A stretch of 64,000 nucleotides of DNA from assembly GCA_963662795.1 (NCBI GenBank), contig OY759746.1, positions 2,848,001 through 2,912,000 of the forward strand. The letters are read 5' to 3'. Position 1 is the stretch's first letter, and every line of letters begins with the position of its first letter. The notes under the pieces were generated by a model that did not search any database, had not been told where the DNA came from, and saw only the letters and a program-made list of their open reading frames with translations. Positions 29,723 through 38,905 of the stretch are shown here, in pieces. The translations under genes and the position numbers were made by a program. Origin of the DNA: Spirochaetia bacterium. Lineage in GTDB: Bacteria; Spirochaetota; Spirochaetia; CADAEX01.

Positions 29723-30118
29723 CTAAATCTGTTCGTCTATCAATAAACCTATCTGTTCCTTGAGACGCGCCTGCAGTCTTTGAATTGCCTCAGGAGGGAT
29801 CTCCTTAATAACTTTATCGGTGGATTTATCGATCACTTTAACCATAACCTGATCAGTCTCATTGTTGATCGAATACTTGAGATCTCTGTTCAGCAGTGAA
29901 GCATCTCTGATAATCCTGCTCATATATCTTTCAATTTCCTCTTTGGAAACTGTATTTGTTTTTGACTGCTGTATTTTTTCCGCTTCGGCAGCAGCTTCTT
30001 TTGCAGCTTCTTTAACAGCTTCATTCTGCTGTGCGTGCAAAACCTGTGCAGGATTAGGTTTATTCTGGTTCTGAACTGGCGGCTGATTACCTATTCGTCC
30101 CTGAATATCCAGTTCCAT
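29723..30118 (-). CDS. flaG: Flagellar protein FlaG
   Basis: LKYSI..VMVKVIDKSTDKVIKEIPPE..GLLIDE; lies between flaB and fliD. Confidence 0.93.
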   Translation of the reverse strand: MELDIQGRIGNQPPVQNQNKPNPAQVLHAQQNEAVKEAAKEAAAEAEKIQQSKTNTVSKEEIERYMSRIIRDASLLNRDLKYSINNETDQVMVKVIDKSTDKVIKEIPPEAIQRLQARLKEQIGLLIDEQI

Positions 30119-30243
30119 AGTTTTTTACCTCTTAAAAAAGCGGGAGAGAGGCGCGATCTCCCCCTGTTGTCTGTATGAGAAGATGACGTCCAGATCTCTT
30201 CTCAAAAATAATTAAAATAACACGTGTTATTCACTTCATGGGC

Positions 30244-31095
30244 TTAAAGAAGCTGAAGTACAGACTGGGACTTTGTGTTGGCCTGTGCCAGCATTGCTGT
30301 GCCGGCCTGATTCAATATCATGTTTTTCACGTATTGAACCATTTCGCCTGCCATATCCACGTCCCTTATTCTTGATTCTGCGGCCTGCATGTTCTCGGCA
30401 GCAATAGCAATACCCTTGGAAGCCATTTCAAACCTGTTCTGGTAAGCTCCAAGATCTGCTCTCTGCTTGTTTACAGCTTTTAACGCGTTATCAAGAACAC
30501 CGATTGACATATTTGCAGATTCAGGTGTTGAAATTGAAATCATGCCGTTCGGATTCTGTTCACTTATAAGTCCCAGTGCCTGAGCTGTCATGGTCTGGAT
30601 GAAAATAGTTTCCAACTGGTCCATATTCGCCCCTACCTGAAGACTCATTACGTTTGCTGTATCATTTGCTTTTGAAAATGCTCCGGTAAGTATGTTAAGG
30701 CCGTTAAACTGTGCATGCGATGCAATTCTGTTAACTTCATCAACAAGCTGTGAAACCTCAACCTGGATCTGCATCCTGTCTTCTGCGGTATAAATACCGT
30801 TTGCAGCCTGTACGGAAAGCTCTCTTACCCTGTGTAGAATATCCTGAGTTTCCTGAAGATATCCTTCCGAGGTCTGGATAAAAGAAACACCATTCTGGAT
30901 ATTCCTTTCAGCCTGATTAAGTCCCCGTATCTGGCTTCTCAGTTTTTCTGATACTGCAAGTCCAGAGGCATCATCGCCAGCTTTGTTAATTTTCATGCCT
31001 GAACTCAGTTTTTCAATATTTTTGCCCAATTCTGAGCCTGAAACACCGAGCTGCCTGTTGGCATACATTGCACTCATGTTGTGATTAATAATCAT
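30244..31095 (-). CDS. flaB: Flagellar filament core protein FlaB (second copy)
   Basis: [37 protein letters not shown]; start at ATG 31095 behind AAGGAGG. Confidence 0.97.
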   Translation of the reverse strand: MIINHNMSAMYANRQLGVSGSELGKNIEKLSSGMKINKAGDDASGLAVSEKLRSQIRGLNQAERNIQNGVSFIQTSEGYLQETQDILHRVRELSVQAANGIYTAEDRMQIQVEVSQLVDEVNRIASHAQFNGLNILTGAFSKANDTANVMSLQVGANMDQLETIFIQTMTAQALGLISEQNPNGMISISTPESANMSIGVLDNALKAVNKQRADLGAYQNRFEMASKGIAIAAENMQAAESRIRDVDMAGEMVQYVKNMILNQAGTAMLAQANTKSQSVLQLL

Positions 31096-31117
31096 AGCCC
31101 CTCCTTGAATTCTAATA

Positions 31118-31136
31118 GAAGGCATCCTTTGCCTTC
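31118..31136 (-). promoter_or_regulatory. CsrA-binding hairpin in the flaB leader
   Basis: mRNA GAAGGCA-AAGGA-UGCCUUC with GGA in the loop, upstream of an SD that carries a second GGA. Confidence 0.7.
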
Positions 31137-31270
31137 CTTAATGATAACCTTTTTCCGGGGCAGCTGCAGAAGCTTCACGCGCCGCTTTTGAGTTGCACCA
31201 GTTAAAGGAACATCTCTCTCCCAATGGGAGGTGTTCCCAAAGTTATTCACGATAAACAAGGAGTTTATTT

Positions 31271-31312
31271 CAAAGAACAACAGGGCAGCCCTGTCCCGCA
31301 GGGAGGCTGCCC
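31271..31312 (-). terminator. Intrinsic terminator or attenuator after the first flaB
   Basis: GGGCAGCC/GGCTGCCC stem followed by an interrupted U-rich tail (UGUUGUUCUUU). Confidence 0.65.
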
Positions 31313-31344
31313 ATTCTTTATGTATTATTATATATAATAATACT

Positions 31345-32205
31345 CTATCCCAGTAATTGCAATACTGATTGTGACTTCGTGTTGGCCTGTGCCAGCATTG
31401 CAGTTCCTGCCTGGATAAGGATCTGGTTCTTCACATAGTCAACCATTTCCTTTGCCATGTCCACATCCCGGATCCTTGATTCGGCAGCCTGAAGGTTTTC
31501 AGCGCCTACATCAATACCTTTTATTGCTGTATCAAGTCTGTTCTGGTATGCACCGAGGTCTGCTCTCTGTTTATTGATCTTTTTAAGAGCTCCGTCGATT
31601 ATACCAATAGACATGTTGGCATTATCAGGTGTTGATAATGTAAGAATCGTGTCATCTCCAACATTCCTGACGCCCAGGCCTTTTGCTGTCATTGTACCGA
31701 TGAAAACCCTTTCCCTCTGATCCATGTTTGACCCGATATGCAGCCACATTGAAGCAGTCACAGTATTCTGGCCGCTCTCTCTTGCGAACCTTCCGGTAAG
31801 CATGTTAAGGCCGTTAAACTGTGCATGTGACGCAATTCTGTCAATTTCATCGATAAGCTGTGAAACCTCAACCTGGATCTGCATTCTGTCTTCTGCTGTG
31901 TAAATACCGTTCGAAGACTGTACTGCAAGTTCTCTCATCCTGTGCATAATGTCCTGGGTTTCCTGGAGATATCCTTCCGAGGTCTGGATAAAAGAAATAC
32001 CATTTGCAGCGTTTCTTGATGCCTGTTCAAGACCTCTGATCTGTGCCCTCATTTTTTCCGAAACAGCAAGACCGGAAGCATCATCCCCTGCTTTTGTAAT
32101 TCTCAGGCCGGATGAAAGTTTTTCCATGTTTTTTGTAATGCTGCCGTTTGTAACACCCAGCTGCCTTTGTGAGAACATAGCGCTCATGTTGTGATTAATT
32201 ATCAT
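31345..32205 (-). CDS. flaB: Flagellar filament core protein FlaB (first copy)
   Basis: [34 protein letters not shown] spirochaete FlaB signature; start at ATG 32205 behind GGAGG. Confidence 0.97.
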   Translation of the reverse strand: MIINHNMSAMFSQRQLGVTNGSITKNMEKLSSGLRITKAGDDASGLAVSEKMRAQIRGLEQASRNAANGISFIQTSEGYLQETQDIMHRMRELAVQSSNGIYTAEDRMQIQVEVSQLIDEIDRIASHAQFNGLNMLTGRFARESGQNTVTASMWLHIGSNMDQRERVFIGTMTAKGLGVRNVGDDTILTLSTPDNANMSIGIIDGALKKINKQRADLGAYQNRLDTAIKGIDVGAENLQAAESRIRDVDMAKEMVDYVKNQILIQAGTAMLAQANTKSQSVLQLLG

Positions 32206-32226
32206 TTTTTCCTCCATGATTTAAAA

Positions 32227-32244
32227 TCAGGCGTCCTTGCCTGA
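32227..32244 (-). promoter_or_regulatory. CsrA-binding hairpin in the flaB leader
   Basis: mRNA UCAGGC-AAGGAC-GCCUGA with GGA in the loop; second site AUGGA overlaps the SD. Confidence 0.7.
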
Positions 32245-32343
32245 AATTTTTAAAAAAATGTTAAAGACCCTAAATTATTGCCGATAATAGTAATGATAAA
32301 GGGTAGGTCTGTCTTATCAGCAGGCCAACATTTTCTTAATCTT

Positions 32344-32371
32344 TAATCGGCCTTAAACTTTATAATCTTTA
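32344..32371 (-). promoter_or_regulatory. Sigma28 promoter for flaB
   Basis: TAAA-16 nt-GCCGATTA on the minus strand. Confidence 0.7.
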
Positions 32372-32423
32372 ACTCAGAGGATAAAAATTTCTGATTTTTT
32401 CAGGAGTTTTTTTGGAAGTGATC

Positions 32424-33527
32424 TTAATTCCGGTTATTTATTATTTCGATATATTTTTTTGCTATTTCATCACTGCTGTCATATTCAAGAGCGGAAAGGA
32501 AAAATGCCATTGCATTGGCCGTATCGCCGTTTTTATAGTGAAAAATGCCGAGATTCGATATTATTTTTGTGTTTTCCGGTTCCAGCTTAAGCGCCTTTAG
32601 CAGATATTTTTCCGCTTCCTTAAGTCTTCCTGTTTCTATGCTGCATAATGCAATCTCGTTTAGTACATCTGCGGTTGTTTCACCTAATTCCAGAACTTTG
32701 GTAAAAGCATTGTAGCCTTCCTCAAATCTGGAAGATCTTCTGCATGCCCATCCAAGCAGAAACCATGCGTTCCAGACTTCAGGAGATTTTTCAAGAAAAT
32801 CAGATATAATTTTGATGGCTTCATCCTCACGGCAGAGTTGTATCATGTCATGTGCCTGTTTGAATTTTGAATCGAGCCAGTCGTTTGATTCAATCTGACT
32901 GATTATTGATAGTGCTTCATCTCTCTTGTCCCTGTTGTCCTCTGTCTCTTCGCTTAAATCAAGAAAGGCGGAATAGTGATTTTTGGCTTTGTCGTAATTC
33001 TGCCGGTTCATGAAGAACCGGGCCGCGAAATAATGAACAATATCAGAAGATGGATCAATTTCGAGTGCTTTTTTATAGCTTTCAAAAGCAAGATCAAGAT
33101 ATTTACGGTTTTCATCACTGGCAGAGGCTGATGAAGCTTCAGATCGGTGTTCATACAGCATGGCCATGTTTATAATATTGGTTGTGTTATCCGGTTCAAG
33201 CCCTTCAACCGCAAGGAATATTTCTTCAGCTGTAGTGAAATCATTATTTGTCGCTTTTTCAACTCCGGCATCAATAAGCTGGCTTGCAAGCTCAGGTTTT
33301 ACCGCTGCTATGAAATTCCTGTAATAATCGAGATTCTCAAGATCCCTGTGAAATGCCAGTATCTTAAGCATTGCAGCGATTATTTTTTCCCATGTCAAAT
33401 CTTCAAGAGATCCTTTTTCTATAGATCCGGTTTTTTCAACAGGAAGGGGAATTTCAGGATTTATTTTGAAACCGTTGATTTCAGTTGCAAATTTTTCGGG
33501 TATTTTGATAAATATTATCTCATTCAA
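32424..33527 (-). CDS. Tetratricopeptide repeat protein
   Basis: Several TPRs (AWFLLGWA, YKKALEIDP, ALKLEPEN..NLG); start moved to TTG 33527 behind GGAG. Confidence 0.85.
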   Translation of the reverse strand: MNEIIFIKIPEKFATEINGFKINPEIPLPVEKTGSIEKGSLEDLTWEKIIAAMLKILAFHRDLENLDYYRNFIAAVKPELASQLIDAGVEKATNNDFTTAEEIFLAVEGLEPDNTTNIINMAMLYEHRSEASSASASDENRKYLDLAFESYKKALEIDPSSDIVHYFAARFFMNRQNYDKAKNHYSAFLDLSEETEDNRDKRDEALSIISQIESNDWLDSKFKQAHDMIQLCREDEAIKIISDFLEKSPEVWNAWFLLGWACRRSSRFEEGYNAFTKVLELGETTADVLNEIALCSIETGRLKEAEKYLLKALKLEPENTKIISNLGIFHYKNGDTANAMAFFLSALEYDSSDEIAKKYIEIINNRN

Positions 33528-34476
33528 TCGTCTTCTCCGGTAAAACAGCTGCCGGTGCATTGTCTGCTTCATCGGCATCAGTCGGTTTAGATTCAGAAGC
33601 AGCGGCAGCTGTTTCAGCATATACTGATTCAGGGCCTGAAACAGATTCGCTGCCGCCTTTCTCCGTAACGGAAGAAGGCGCTTCTTTTAAAGTTTTTACA
33701 TAGTTTTCTATACTGATTTTAAAGCTTACAGGAATTGTTTCCCCTGAAAATTCAATTCCGATGAGCACAACATCGTTTCTTCCCGGAATATTATCAACTC
33801 TCGCGATTCTTCCGGAAATCTGCCAATTGCTGCTTCCTGAATTGAATTTTATAATAATTGATTTATTTAAATGAAATTTAAAAGCCTTGACTCCTATTGT
33901 CATAATTCCGGAAGTGGAAATATCTACAAGTATTACTTTCCTCGGTATATTTTCAATTACAAGATTTACTTCTCTTGAATTGAGTCCAAGTAATTTATAG
34001 TTGGTCTGATTGACAATAATTCTGAGATCCTTTCTTTTTTGAAAGTTGATGTTTGCTTCAAGAAGCTGTCCCAGATTGATTATAAGGTCATCCGGCGGCC
34101 GCTGTGTATATGACAAAAATGCATAGTTCAGGTCTGAGTCAGGGGTAGTATAGGCACTGTAGCCTGTTACTCTTGCGTTTACAAAGAATGAGATTATGTC
34201 ATTTTTACCCGGTACATTAAAACACAATCTGAGTGATACAAGATTTCCTGATTCCCTTATCAGCGAGATGAAATTATCACCTGTGTTGACTATGATTCTG
34301 CTCTTTTTCATTGATGTTGAATAGAGCAGGCATTTCCTGTGAACTCCGCCGCATCTTACATATATCTCTTTCTGGTTAAGATGTGTCGCAGCGACAATAT
34401 CTTTTGTAAAAGTAATATCAATATCATTGTAGAGTTCATATAGTTTTGATATCTGGAGACTGGTTAGTATGGCCAT
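33520..34476 (-). CDS. PilZ-domain protein
   Basis: QKRKDLR (RxxxR) and DISTSG (DxSxxG); acidic low-complexity tail. Confidence 0.85.
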   Translation of the reverse strand: MAILTSLQISKLYELYNDIDITFTKDIVAATHLNQKEIYVRCGGVHRKCLLYSTSMKKSRIIVNTGDNFISLIRESGNLVSLRLCFNVPGKNDIISFFVNARVTGYSAYTTPDSDLNYAFLSYTQRPPDDLIINLGQLLEANINFQKRKDLRIIVNQTNYKLLGLNSREVNLVIENIPRKVILVDISTSGIMTIGVKAFKFHLNKSIIIKFNSGSSNWQISGRIARVDNIPGRNDVVLIGIEFSGETIPVSFKISIENYVKTLKEAPSSVTEKGGSESVSGPESVYAETAAAASESKPTDADEADNAPAAVLPEKTIE

Positions 34477-34521
34477 ATTTTCAATTAATGATATGATTTT
34501 ATTATTGTTGATGTCAATAAA

Positions 34522-34556
34522 AATAAAGCAGGTCTACATCAATAGCCTGCTTTATT
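34522..34556 (-). terminator. Intrinsic terminator after the HEAT-repeat gene
   Basis: AATAAAGCAGG/CCTGCTTTATT inverted repeat with T-rich flanks. Confidence 0.6.
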
Positions 34557-34646
34557 ATTTCCCGGTATACCCTGTAATTTAAATATCCTGAATAAATGAC
34601 ACTGGCCGAAGCGGATCTGAGGCGCGAGGCTGGAAATTCCCTTTTC

Positions 34647-35822
34647 TTATTTGAGTTTCGCTGCTGCTGCCTGGGCTGCTGTTAGTACGGCAGTTGACCA
34701 GTTAATGGTATTTACTACCATTATTTCTTCCAAAGCAGCCTTATTCCCGGTATTTCCAAGTGCGTTGATAACTGCAATAACTGCCCTTCTGTCAATAGAT
34801 TGAGTAATTCCGGCAGACTGCCTGTCGTTCTGATCCCTTAAAAAAGCGCTTAATGCAGCTACAGCCTCATCGCTTTTATAGGTACCCAGTGTTGAAATTG
34901 CTGTGAGCTTCTCATTTATGTCATAATTGCTGAAAATCATTTCTTTCAGATATGGAACTGCTTCCGGAGGCTTTACAGACGAGGCTCCTATCATGCTGCA
35001 TGACAGGAGTCTGATGTTTGAGAGTTCTGTCTGTTCGGCAATATTGCCGGGCTTGTTGGTTATACCCTGGTCAAGCGCCCCTGCTGCAAAAACTGCTTTT
35101 TTGTCATCAGGTGCCGCAGAATTGTTTTCAGCTTCAAGCGCAAGATATTTGTTTTTGAAATCTGAATCTTTATTGATGATTCCGGTCAGTATTTCAGAAG
35201 GATCATCCGCTATAATTCCAAGAGCTTCTTTTGCCCTTTCCCTTACTCCTGATAATGGAGAATACCAGCCTGAAGAAGCGTAAAATACAGATTCATAGGT
35301 TTCTTCAGCTTTAAGTTTTTCAAATGCTGTAACAAGGGCATATGCCAAAGTTTCGTTTTCCCTCATGTTTGCATTACCGTAGAGGCGCATATTGATATTC
35401 CTGAGCATCAGGACAAGTTCCCCGGTATATTTCGTTGAACCGATTTTCCCAAGTGCTGTTATTGCCTCTCCCCTGATAATCAGGTTATCGCTGTTTATAA
35501 GAGCGTTGTAAATCTGGTCCTCAGCTTCAAGCGCTTTTAGTTCACCCAGTTTTTTTATGCTTATTTTTTGCAGCTTGTCATAAAGTCTTTTTTCGCTGAT
35601 ATCTGATATGCTGCTTCTGATAGTGTTGGTTTCTGTTAGTGATTGCATAATTACCGGGATAAGCTCGCGGCCGTCCTGCTCCGCTATGTTCTGCATTATG
35701 CTTAATTTATATTCAATCGTATTGAGCCTGTTATAAAGCCTTGTCCACATTGCCGTGTTCTCGTCTCCATAAACGGAAACTCCGATAAAAAACAGGACTG
35801 CTAAAACTGATAATTTTTTCAT
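34647..35822 (-). CDS. Exported HEAT-repeat protein
   Basis: Signal peptide MKKLSVLAVLFF; repeats IRGEAITALGKIG, VRERAKEALG, AISTLG, AVINALGNTG. Confidence 0.8.
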   Translation of the reverse strand: MKKLSVLAVLFFIGVSVYGDENTAMWTRLYNRLNTIEYKLSIMQNIAEQDGRELIPVIMQSLTETNTIRSSISDISEKRLYDKLQKISIKKLGELKALEAEDQIYNALINSDNLIIRGEAITALGKIGSTKYTGELVLMLRNINMRLYGNANMRENETLAYALVTAFEKLKAEETYESVFYASSGWYSPLSGVRERAKEALGIIADDPSEILTGIINKDSDFKNKYLALEAENNSAAPDDKKAVFAAGALDQGITNKPGNIAEQTELSNIRLLSCSMIGASSVKPPEAVPYLKEMIFSNYDINEKLTAISTLGTYKSDEAVAALSAFLRDQNDRQSAGITQSIDRRAVIAVINALGNTGNKAALEEIMVVNTINWSTAVLTAAQAAAAKLK

Positions 35823-35842
35823 GGTATTTTCTCTGTTCATTA

Positions 35843-36727
35843 TTATTTCCCTGGTTTGATTTCTTTTTCAATAAATGCAAATACTTTTTCAACAGTTTCT
35901 ACAACAGTGCCGTCCGGAGTTTTGATTATGCTTTTTTCTGTTCTCTTTCCCTCTTTTTCAGAATATTCATAAATTATTTCATTTATAACACTCTTTTCGC
36001 CTTTGTAGATAGTTTCAGAGGCAATAAGGTTATCTTTGTTATATTCGTAGACTGCGCCGGATGTTTTTTTCCCTGATTTGCTGTAATGACTCATTTCTGT
36101 CATCAGCTCATTGCTGTATTTGTAGAGAAAGTACTCTTCAAGTGTTCCTGCCGGGGAGTAGCTGTTTGTTCTGATGTTATTACCGTTTTCATAAATATAT
36201 TCATTATATCCAAGCAGCACATCTGCTGAATCATATATTTCCCATTTTGATTTCAGGGAGTTGTTTCCTTCATATTTGTAAACAGATCTTGAAATCTGTT
36301 TCCCTGTATTATCATACAGAATTGTCGCTGTAACATTCCCTGTTTTATCATAGGTAATCATCTTCATTTTAAGAAGAATGTTTTCCCTGTCAAACCAGGA
36401 GAACAAAACCCTGTCACTGCTGTATTCTGCAGAAGATGTTTCAAGTACAACTCCTGAATTGTCGTAAGTTATTGATTTGATCAGGCGGTCGCTCCCATCT
36501 TCATAGGTGTTGACTGTTTTTGTATCAATATAATCATTCCGCTGATATTTTATTTCACTAAGCAGAACCGGAATCCTGATTATTACCGGACCTGTTGATG
36601 TATTTTCCTGCTTTATCTGCGGGACTTTGTCATCAGTCTTGACTGATGGGGCAGGGGTTCCTGCGCATCCGGAAAAAACTGCAAGAATAATAAAAAAAGT
36701 AATTAATAGTGCCAAAGTTTTTTTCAT
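35843..36727 (-). CDS. Lipoprotein with YD-like beta-hairpin repeats
   Basis: Lipobox FSGC; repeated YxYD/ExxGN units. Confidence 0.75.
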   Translation of the reverse strand: MKKTLALLITFFIILAVFSGCAGTPAPSVKTDDKVPQIKQENTSTGPVIIRIPVLLSEIKYQRNDYIDTKTVNTYEDGSDRLIKSITYDNSGVVLETSSAEYSSDRVLFSWFDRENILLKMKMITYDKTGNVTATILYDNTGKQISRSVYKYEGNNSLKSKWEIYDSADVLLGYNEYIYENGNNIRTNSYSPAGTLEEYFLYKYSNELMTEMSHYSKSGKKTSGAVYEYNKDNLIASETIYKGEKSVINEIIYEYSEKEGKRTEKSIIKTPDGTVVETVEKVFAFIEKEIKPGK

Positions 36728-36817
36728 GTCATAACTCCTGTTTGAAGTATAAAGTTTTGCGGTAAAATATTAAATACGATTTTAAATAAGATGAAGCTTA
36801 AATCCATCAGAAAAAAG

Positions 36818-36991
36818 AAAACCCCCGCGGAGCCGCTTGGCGAAAATCTCTTGAACTCATATGTTCAAGTGGGTTTCGTTTGCGGGAAATTCTGATTTGC
36901 AAGAAGCAATTCAATTCAAACCCGGCACAAGGAATCCCCTTTTTATGGTTTGTCCCAAGAGATTTAACACACCGCCCGGTTTCCGCAGGTT
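36818..36991 (-). ncRNA. ssrS: 6S RNA
   Basis: About 175-nt rod directly after zapA; closing stem CCUGCGGA/UCCGCGGG, AAAUCUCUUG/CAAGAGAUUU pairing, central bubble with CCCACUUGAAC..GUUCAAG, U-tail. Confidence 0.88.
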
Positions 36992-37286
36992 AATCATCTT
37001 CAAGTACACTCTCTATACAGGTAATAATCCTTTCTGTCAATTCTGTAAACTCACTTTCAATGATTTGATTGTTACCTGAATTTCTTTCTTTGTAAAGTTC
37101 ATCAATAAGATATACTGATGTAAGAAGAGCTATTCTGAGAGGATCTTTCATTCCTGTTGTGGTTTCAACCTTGCTGATTATTTTTTCAAGGTAATCAAGT
37201 ATTTCCTTCATATATACAGGATCTTCATCAACCTGTATTCTGAAGGAAGTACCTAATACCTTTATCTCAACAAGGTTGCTTCCCAT
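36990..37286 (-). CDS. zapA: Cell division protein ZapA
   Basis: IKVLGTSFRI, RIALLTSVYLIDEL; canonical zapB-zapA-6S order. Confidence 0.88.
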   Translation of the reverse strand: MGSNLVEIKVLGTSFRIQVDEDPVYMKEILDYLEKIISKVETTTGMKDPLRIALLTSVYLIDELYKERNSGNNQIIESEFTELTERIITCIESVLEDD

Positions 37287-37288
37287 AA

Positions 37289-37744
37289 TTAAAAAATATC
37301 TAACTGCGCGCTGCTTTCCGGATATGCGGATTCAGACTCTTCTTCAGAGTTATCATCCTCATTTTCTGAAATATCACCGGCCGGATTGGTTTCAGCCGGA
37401 GGGGATGCCTTGAAATTCTCAAACAGTGAATTCTTTTCAGGTTCATCTGCTTCAGAATCTGTTGAATCGCTGGCGTCGTTCCCTGGAGTACTGTCAGATT
37501 TTTCATCAGAGACTGAAATATTATCAAGGTCTTCCAGCTGTCTTATAGCTTTTACAATACCTTCTTCAATTTCACTCTGATTACTTCTGAAATCAGATAT
37601 TATCGCTTCGAGTTCATCAGTTCTGCTGTTTGCCGATTTAAGCTCTGATTTAAGTATGTTGTTTTCTTCTTTCAGAGCTTTAATCAGTTCTACAGCTTTA
37701 AAGACTTTATCTTCAAGTCTTTTGATCTGTTCCAGGGATAACAT
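37289..37744 (-). CDS. zapB: ZapB-like coiled-coil protein with a long acidic tail
   Basis: MLSLEQIKRLEDKVFKAVELIKALKEEN resembles the ZapB N-terminus; upstream of zapA. Confidence 0.7.
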   Translation of the reverse strand: MLSLEQIKRLEDKVFKAVELIKALKEENNILKSELKSANSRTDELEAIISDFRSNQSEIEEGIVKAIRQLEDLDNISVSDEKSDSTPGNDASDSTDSEADEPEKNSLFENFKASPPAETNPAGDISENEDDNSEEESESAYPESSAQLDIF

Positions 37745-37746
37745 GA

Positions 37747-38106
37747 TCAGGCTCCCATTGCCTGTTTGGCTTTCTCTACAAGCATAACAAAAGCGGCTTT
37801 GTCTTCAATCGCCATGTTTGAAAGCGCTTTTCTGTTAATTTCCACTCCTGCCTTGTTAAGTCCGCAGATAAGCTTTGAATATGTAAATTCCTGGTTTCTG
37901 CATTCAGCAGAAATACGGGTAATCCAGAGTCTTCTGAAATCCCTTCTTCTTGTTTTCCTGTGATCATAGGAACTCTGGAGGGCCTTCATTACCGCATCTT
38001 TTGCGGTTCTGAAGAGCAGACTTCTTCTTCCCCTGAATCCTTTGGCATGTTTTAAAATCTTTTTTCTTCTGTCGTGCCTTCGTGTTCCATCGACTGCTCT
38101 GGGCAT
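37747..38106 (-). CDS. rplT: 50S ribosomal protein L20
   Basis: KILKHAKGFRG, RDFRRLWITRISA, INRKALSNMAI. Confidence 0.98.
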   Translation of the reverse strand: MPRAVDGTRRHDRRKKILKHAKGFRGRRSLLFRTAKDAVMKALQSSYDHRKTRRRDFRRLWITRISAECRNQEFTYSKLICGLNKAGVEINRKALSNMAIEDKAAFVMLVEKAKQAMGA

Positions 38107-38136
38107 TTTATTCTCCTTCTACTTCTACTACTTCAA

Positions 38137-38334
38137 TTACTTGTAAGGCATTACTGCTTTGAGTCTTGCTGTTTCAGGTTTGGAAAGTATTGCGCCTTTC
38201 CTGAGACCTCTTTTTCGTTTTGAATTCTTTTTGGTCAGAATGTGTCTCAGTCCCTGTTTCTTGTACTTTACTTTTCCGCTGCCTGTAAAAGAAAATCTTT
38301 TTGCAGCGCTTTTTCTGGTTTTCATCTTTGGCAT
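38137..38334 (-). CDS. rpmI: 50S ribosomal protein L35
   Basis: [20 protein letters not shown]. Confidence 0.98.
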   Translation of the reverse strand: MPKMKTRKSAAKRFSFTGSGKVKYKKQGLRHILTKKNSKRKRGLRKGAILSKPETARLKAVMPYK

Positions 38335-38347
38335 AGAGCCTACTCCT

Positions 38348-38872
38348 CTATTTTTTCCCTTTCGGATTTAGTATCATTGACATAAAGCGTCCTTCCATCA
38401 TCGGCGGTCTATCCATGACAAATTCGCCTTCAAGAAGATCAAGCATTTTAAGAAGCACGTCTCTGCCGAATTCCGTGTGGGCAAGCTGCCGTCCTTTAAA
38501 ACGGATTGTAACTTTTACCTTGTTGCCTTCATCAAGAAACTCTTTAACATGTTTTGTTTTAAAAGCAAGATCATGTGTTTCTATCAACGGCTGCATTCTG
38601 ACTTCCTTGATTTTAATCAGTTTCTGTTTTTTTCTCGCTTCTTTCAGCTTTTTTTCCTGATCAAAACGGAATTTACCGTAATCAAGTATCTTGCATACCG
38701 GAGGCACAGCCTGAGGGGCAACCTCAATAAGGTCAAGTCCGGCTTCTTTAGCCATTGCCAGAGCTTCTGTTATTGAAACAACACCCTGTTGTTCACCATC
38801 ATCACTAAGAAGTCTGACCTCTTTTACACGTATAGCTTCGTTAATTCTTAAATCTTTTTCTTTTGCGGCCAA
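38348..38872 (-). CDS. infC: Translation initiation factor IF-3 (TTG start)
   Basis: [34 protein letters not shown]. Confidence 0.98.
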   Translation of the reverse strand: MAAKEKDLRINEAIRVKEVRLLSDDGEQQGVVSITEALAMAKEAGLDLIEVAPQAVPPVCKILDYGKFRFDQEKKLKEARKKQKLIKIKEVRMQPLIETHDLAFKTKHVKEFLDEGNKVKVTIRFKGRQLAHTEFGRDVLLKMLDLLEGEFVMDRPPMMEGRFMSMILNPKGKK

Positions 38873-38905
38873 TCACACCTACCTATCAATTAAATATTTC
38901 ATGAA

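Noticed and set aside
31140-31320. c-di-GMP riboswitch between the flaB genes
   Set aside because: Hairpins are present, but the class I GGCAAA...GAAA tetraloop/receptor pattern and the class II kink-turn/pseudoknot are not evident.
33528-33620. 100-nt overlap of the TPR and PilZ genes as overprinting
   Set aside because: It disappears when the TPR start is set at TTG 33527, which has a GGAG SD.
36861-37079. 72-aa plus-strand ORF
   Set aside because: It is antisense to the 6S RNA and zapA.
38335-38905. L20 leader RNA or an ATT start for infC
   Set aside because: The infC start is TTG directly after an in-frame TGA, the predicted leader is very short and the infC-rpmI gap is 13 nt. A pseudoknot inside infC cannot be judged by eye.
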